DNA from: Pelagomonas calceolata
Lineage: Eukaryota
DNA length: 64,000 bases
Assembly: GCA_918797485.1 (NCBI GenBank)
Contig: CAKKNE010000001.1
Coordinates: 5,022,001-5,086,000 of the forward strand
Direction of reading: 5' to 3'
The notes beneath the pieces are model-generated. The model made no database searches. It was not told where the DNA came from and was given only the letters and a program-made list of their open reading frames with translations. Position 1 is the first letter of the stretch, and each line of letters starts with the position of its first letter. This document shows, one piece after another, positions 62,877-64,000 of this stretch. The translations under genes and the position numbers were made by a program.

Positions 62877-63686
62877 TCAAAATAGGGGTATCTTCGGCTG
62901 CTCCCGGTCTCGCCGCTCGGCGGCCTTCCGCGCCTGCCGCGCCGCGACCCTCGCTTGTACGATGTTGAGCAATAGAGCGCCGCCCCGCCACAGGAACCGC
63001 TTGTGCTCCCGGACGAATGCGAGGAGCCGCTCCCTTTGTGAAGGAAGGTCGCCGTCGCTCATTTGGAGACTTTCAAGCGACTGCGCGGCGAGCGCGTCCT
63101 CGACGATCGTGGCGACCGTGTCCCGAAACGCCTCGACGGCGTCGTCCGTCTCGTAGTGCAAACTCGTGCAACGCTCTATTTCATCGGCGAACGCAAATTC
63201 CGCCTCGACGGCCTGTTCCGCGATGCGCTCGGGCGAATCATTGGCATCCAGGGCGTCGGCGAAGGCCTTGGCGGCCCTCGCGCGCAGCACGGCGACGTGC
63301 AGGCGGTAGGTCGGTTCTAAACGAGAGGCGAGTTGTGCGACGTTCCCACAGCCGTCGGCGAGCAGCGCCGTCGTCTCCGCGAAGCCGGCGTACGGATGTT
63401 GAGGGGTCGACGCGGCGACGCGCTCCTCCAGCGCGGCGACGGCGGCGGCGTCGTACGTTGTTGTGTTTTCTCCGGCGCCGCCGCGGTGGACCCGCACGAC
63501 GGCGTCGTAAGTTGTTGTGTTTGCTCCGGTGCCGCCGCGACTGCGGGTCCACCGCGGCGGCGCGGTTGTGAGTTTTTTCGGCGCTTCGACGGCGGCAGCA
63601 CCACCGCGGCAGATGCGACGATGCGTGCGATGAGTGATGCCCCCTGCCGTCGCTGCCAGCAGCAGCGTGCAAAGCAGGCGCCGCAT
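62877..63686 (-). CDS. Hypothetical protein with a signal peptide and a duplicated RGG.G.NTTTYDA segment
   Basis: 269-aa ATG ORF; 39-bp near-duplicate at 63447-63485 and 63501-63539. Confidence 0.65.
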   Translation of the reverse strand: MRRLLCTLLLAATAGGITHRTHRRICRGGAAAVEAPKKLTTAPPRWTRSRGGTGANTTTYDAVVRVHRGGAGENTTTYDAAAVAALEERVAASTPQHPYAGFAETTALLADGCGNVAQLASRLEPTYRLHVAVLRARAAKAFADALDANDSPERIAEQAVEAEFAFADEIERCTSLHYETDDAVEAFRDTVATIVEDALAAQSLESLQMSDGDLPSQRERLLAFVREHKRFLWRGGALLLNIVQARVAARQARKAAERRDREQPKIPLF

Positions 63687-63830
63687 CGCTTTTTACCACT
63701 ACGCGCCGCCTAGCGTCGCACGGCTCAAAGCGATGGATGGCAAACGTTGACGGGTCAGAGACGAAGCACACGCGTGATCCTCACACCCAGTGCGTGCCCT
63801 TTGAGCAGCTTAAGCGGTCCCGGCTCGGCT

Positions 63831-63855
63831 TGCTAGTGTCTTTACATGCCGCTAG
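63831..63855 (+). promoter_or_regulatory. Double-CTAG intergenic motif, copy 14
   Basis: tgctagtgtctttacatgccgctag, ~145 bp upstream of the minus-strand ATG 63686. Confidence 0.7.
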
Positions 63856-64000
63856 GTGCGCTTGGCAAGGTTTCTCGAGCGCGAGGCCGCGCGGAGACCT
63901 ATTATATCAACTGAGACGCATCATTTGACGCAGACATGCCATGCGACAAGTTTTATTAGCGATGCTGCTGTGTGCGGCCCGGGCATTGCTACGCGCAGCA

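Noticed and set aside
3439..63855. Double-CTAG repeats as a CRISPR array or as Helitron 3' ends
   Set aside because: Copies are kilobases apart with no spacer structure or cas genes, and they lack shared upstream bodies and a consistent hairpin-CTAG|T junction.

Overview
Gene-dense, high-GC eukaryotic nuclear DNA with about 45 mostly intron-poor genes. The intron style, MYND/RING/TPR repeat family and gene content point to a pelagophyte alga such as Pelagomonas or Aureococcus (inference; no search run). Four signals are not visible in the ORF track. (1) A Prx5-type peroxiredoxin has an in-frame TGA (29537-29539) in place of the peroxidatic Cys and a well-formed SECIS hairpin in its 3' UTR, so it is a selenoprotein; it also has a signal peptide and a KDEL-like C-terminus (KSEL). 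(2) A ~25-bp double-CTAG motif (TGCTAGTGTCTTACAGGCCGCTAGC) recurs 14 times, always between genes, and 13 copies lie within ~280 bp upstream of a start codon. (3) Seven introns can be reconstructed: one is a clear introner transposon (perfect 15-bp TIRs, degenerate 8-bp TSD), one uses a GC donor, and six share a GCGTCC motif just downstream of the donor. (4) Two copies of a TPR-like family are 5'-truncated and abut unrelated antisense sequence. No rRNA, tRNA or CRISPR array was recognised.
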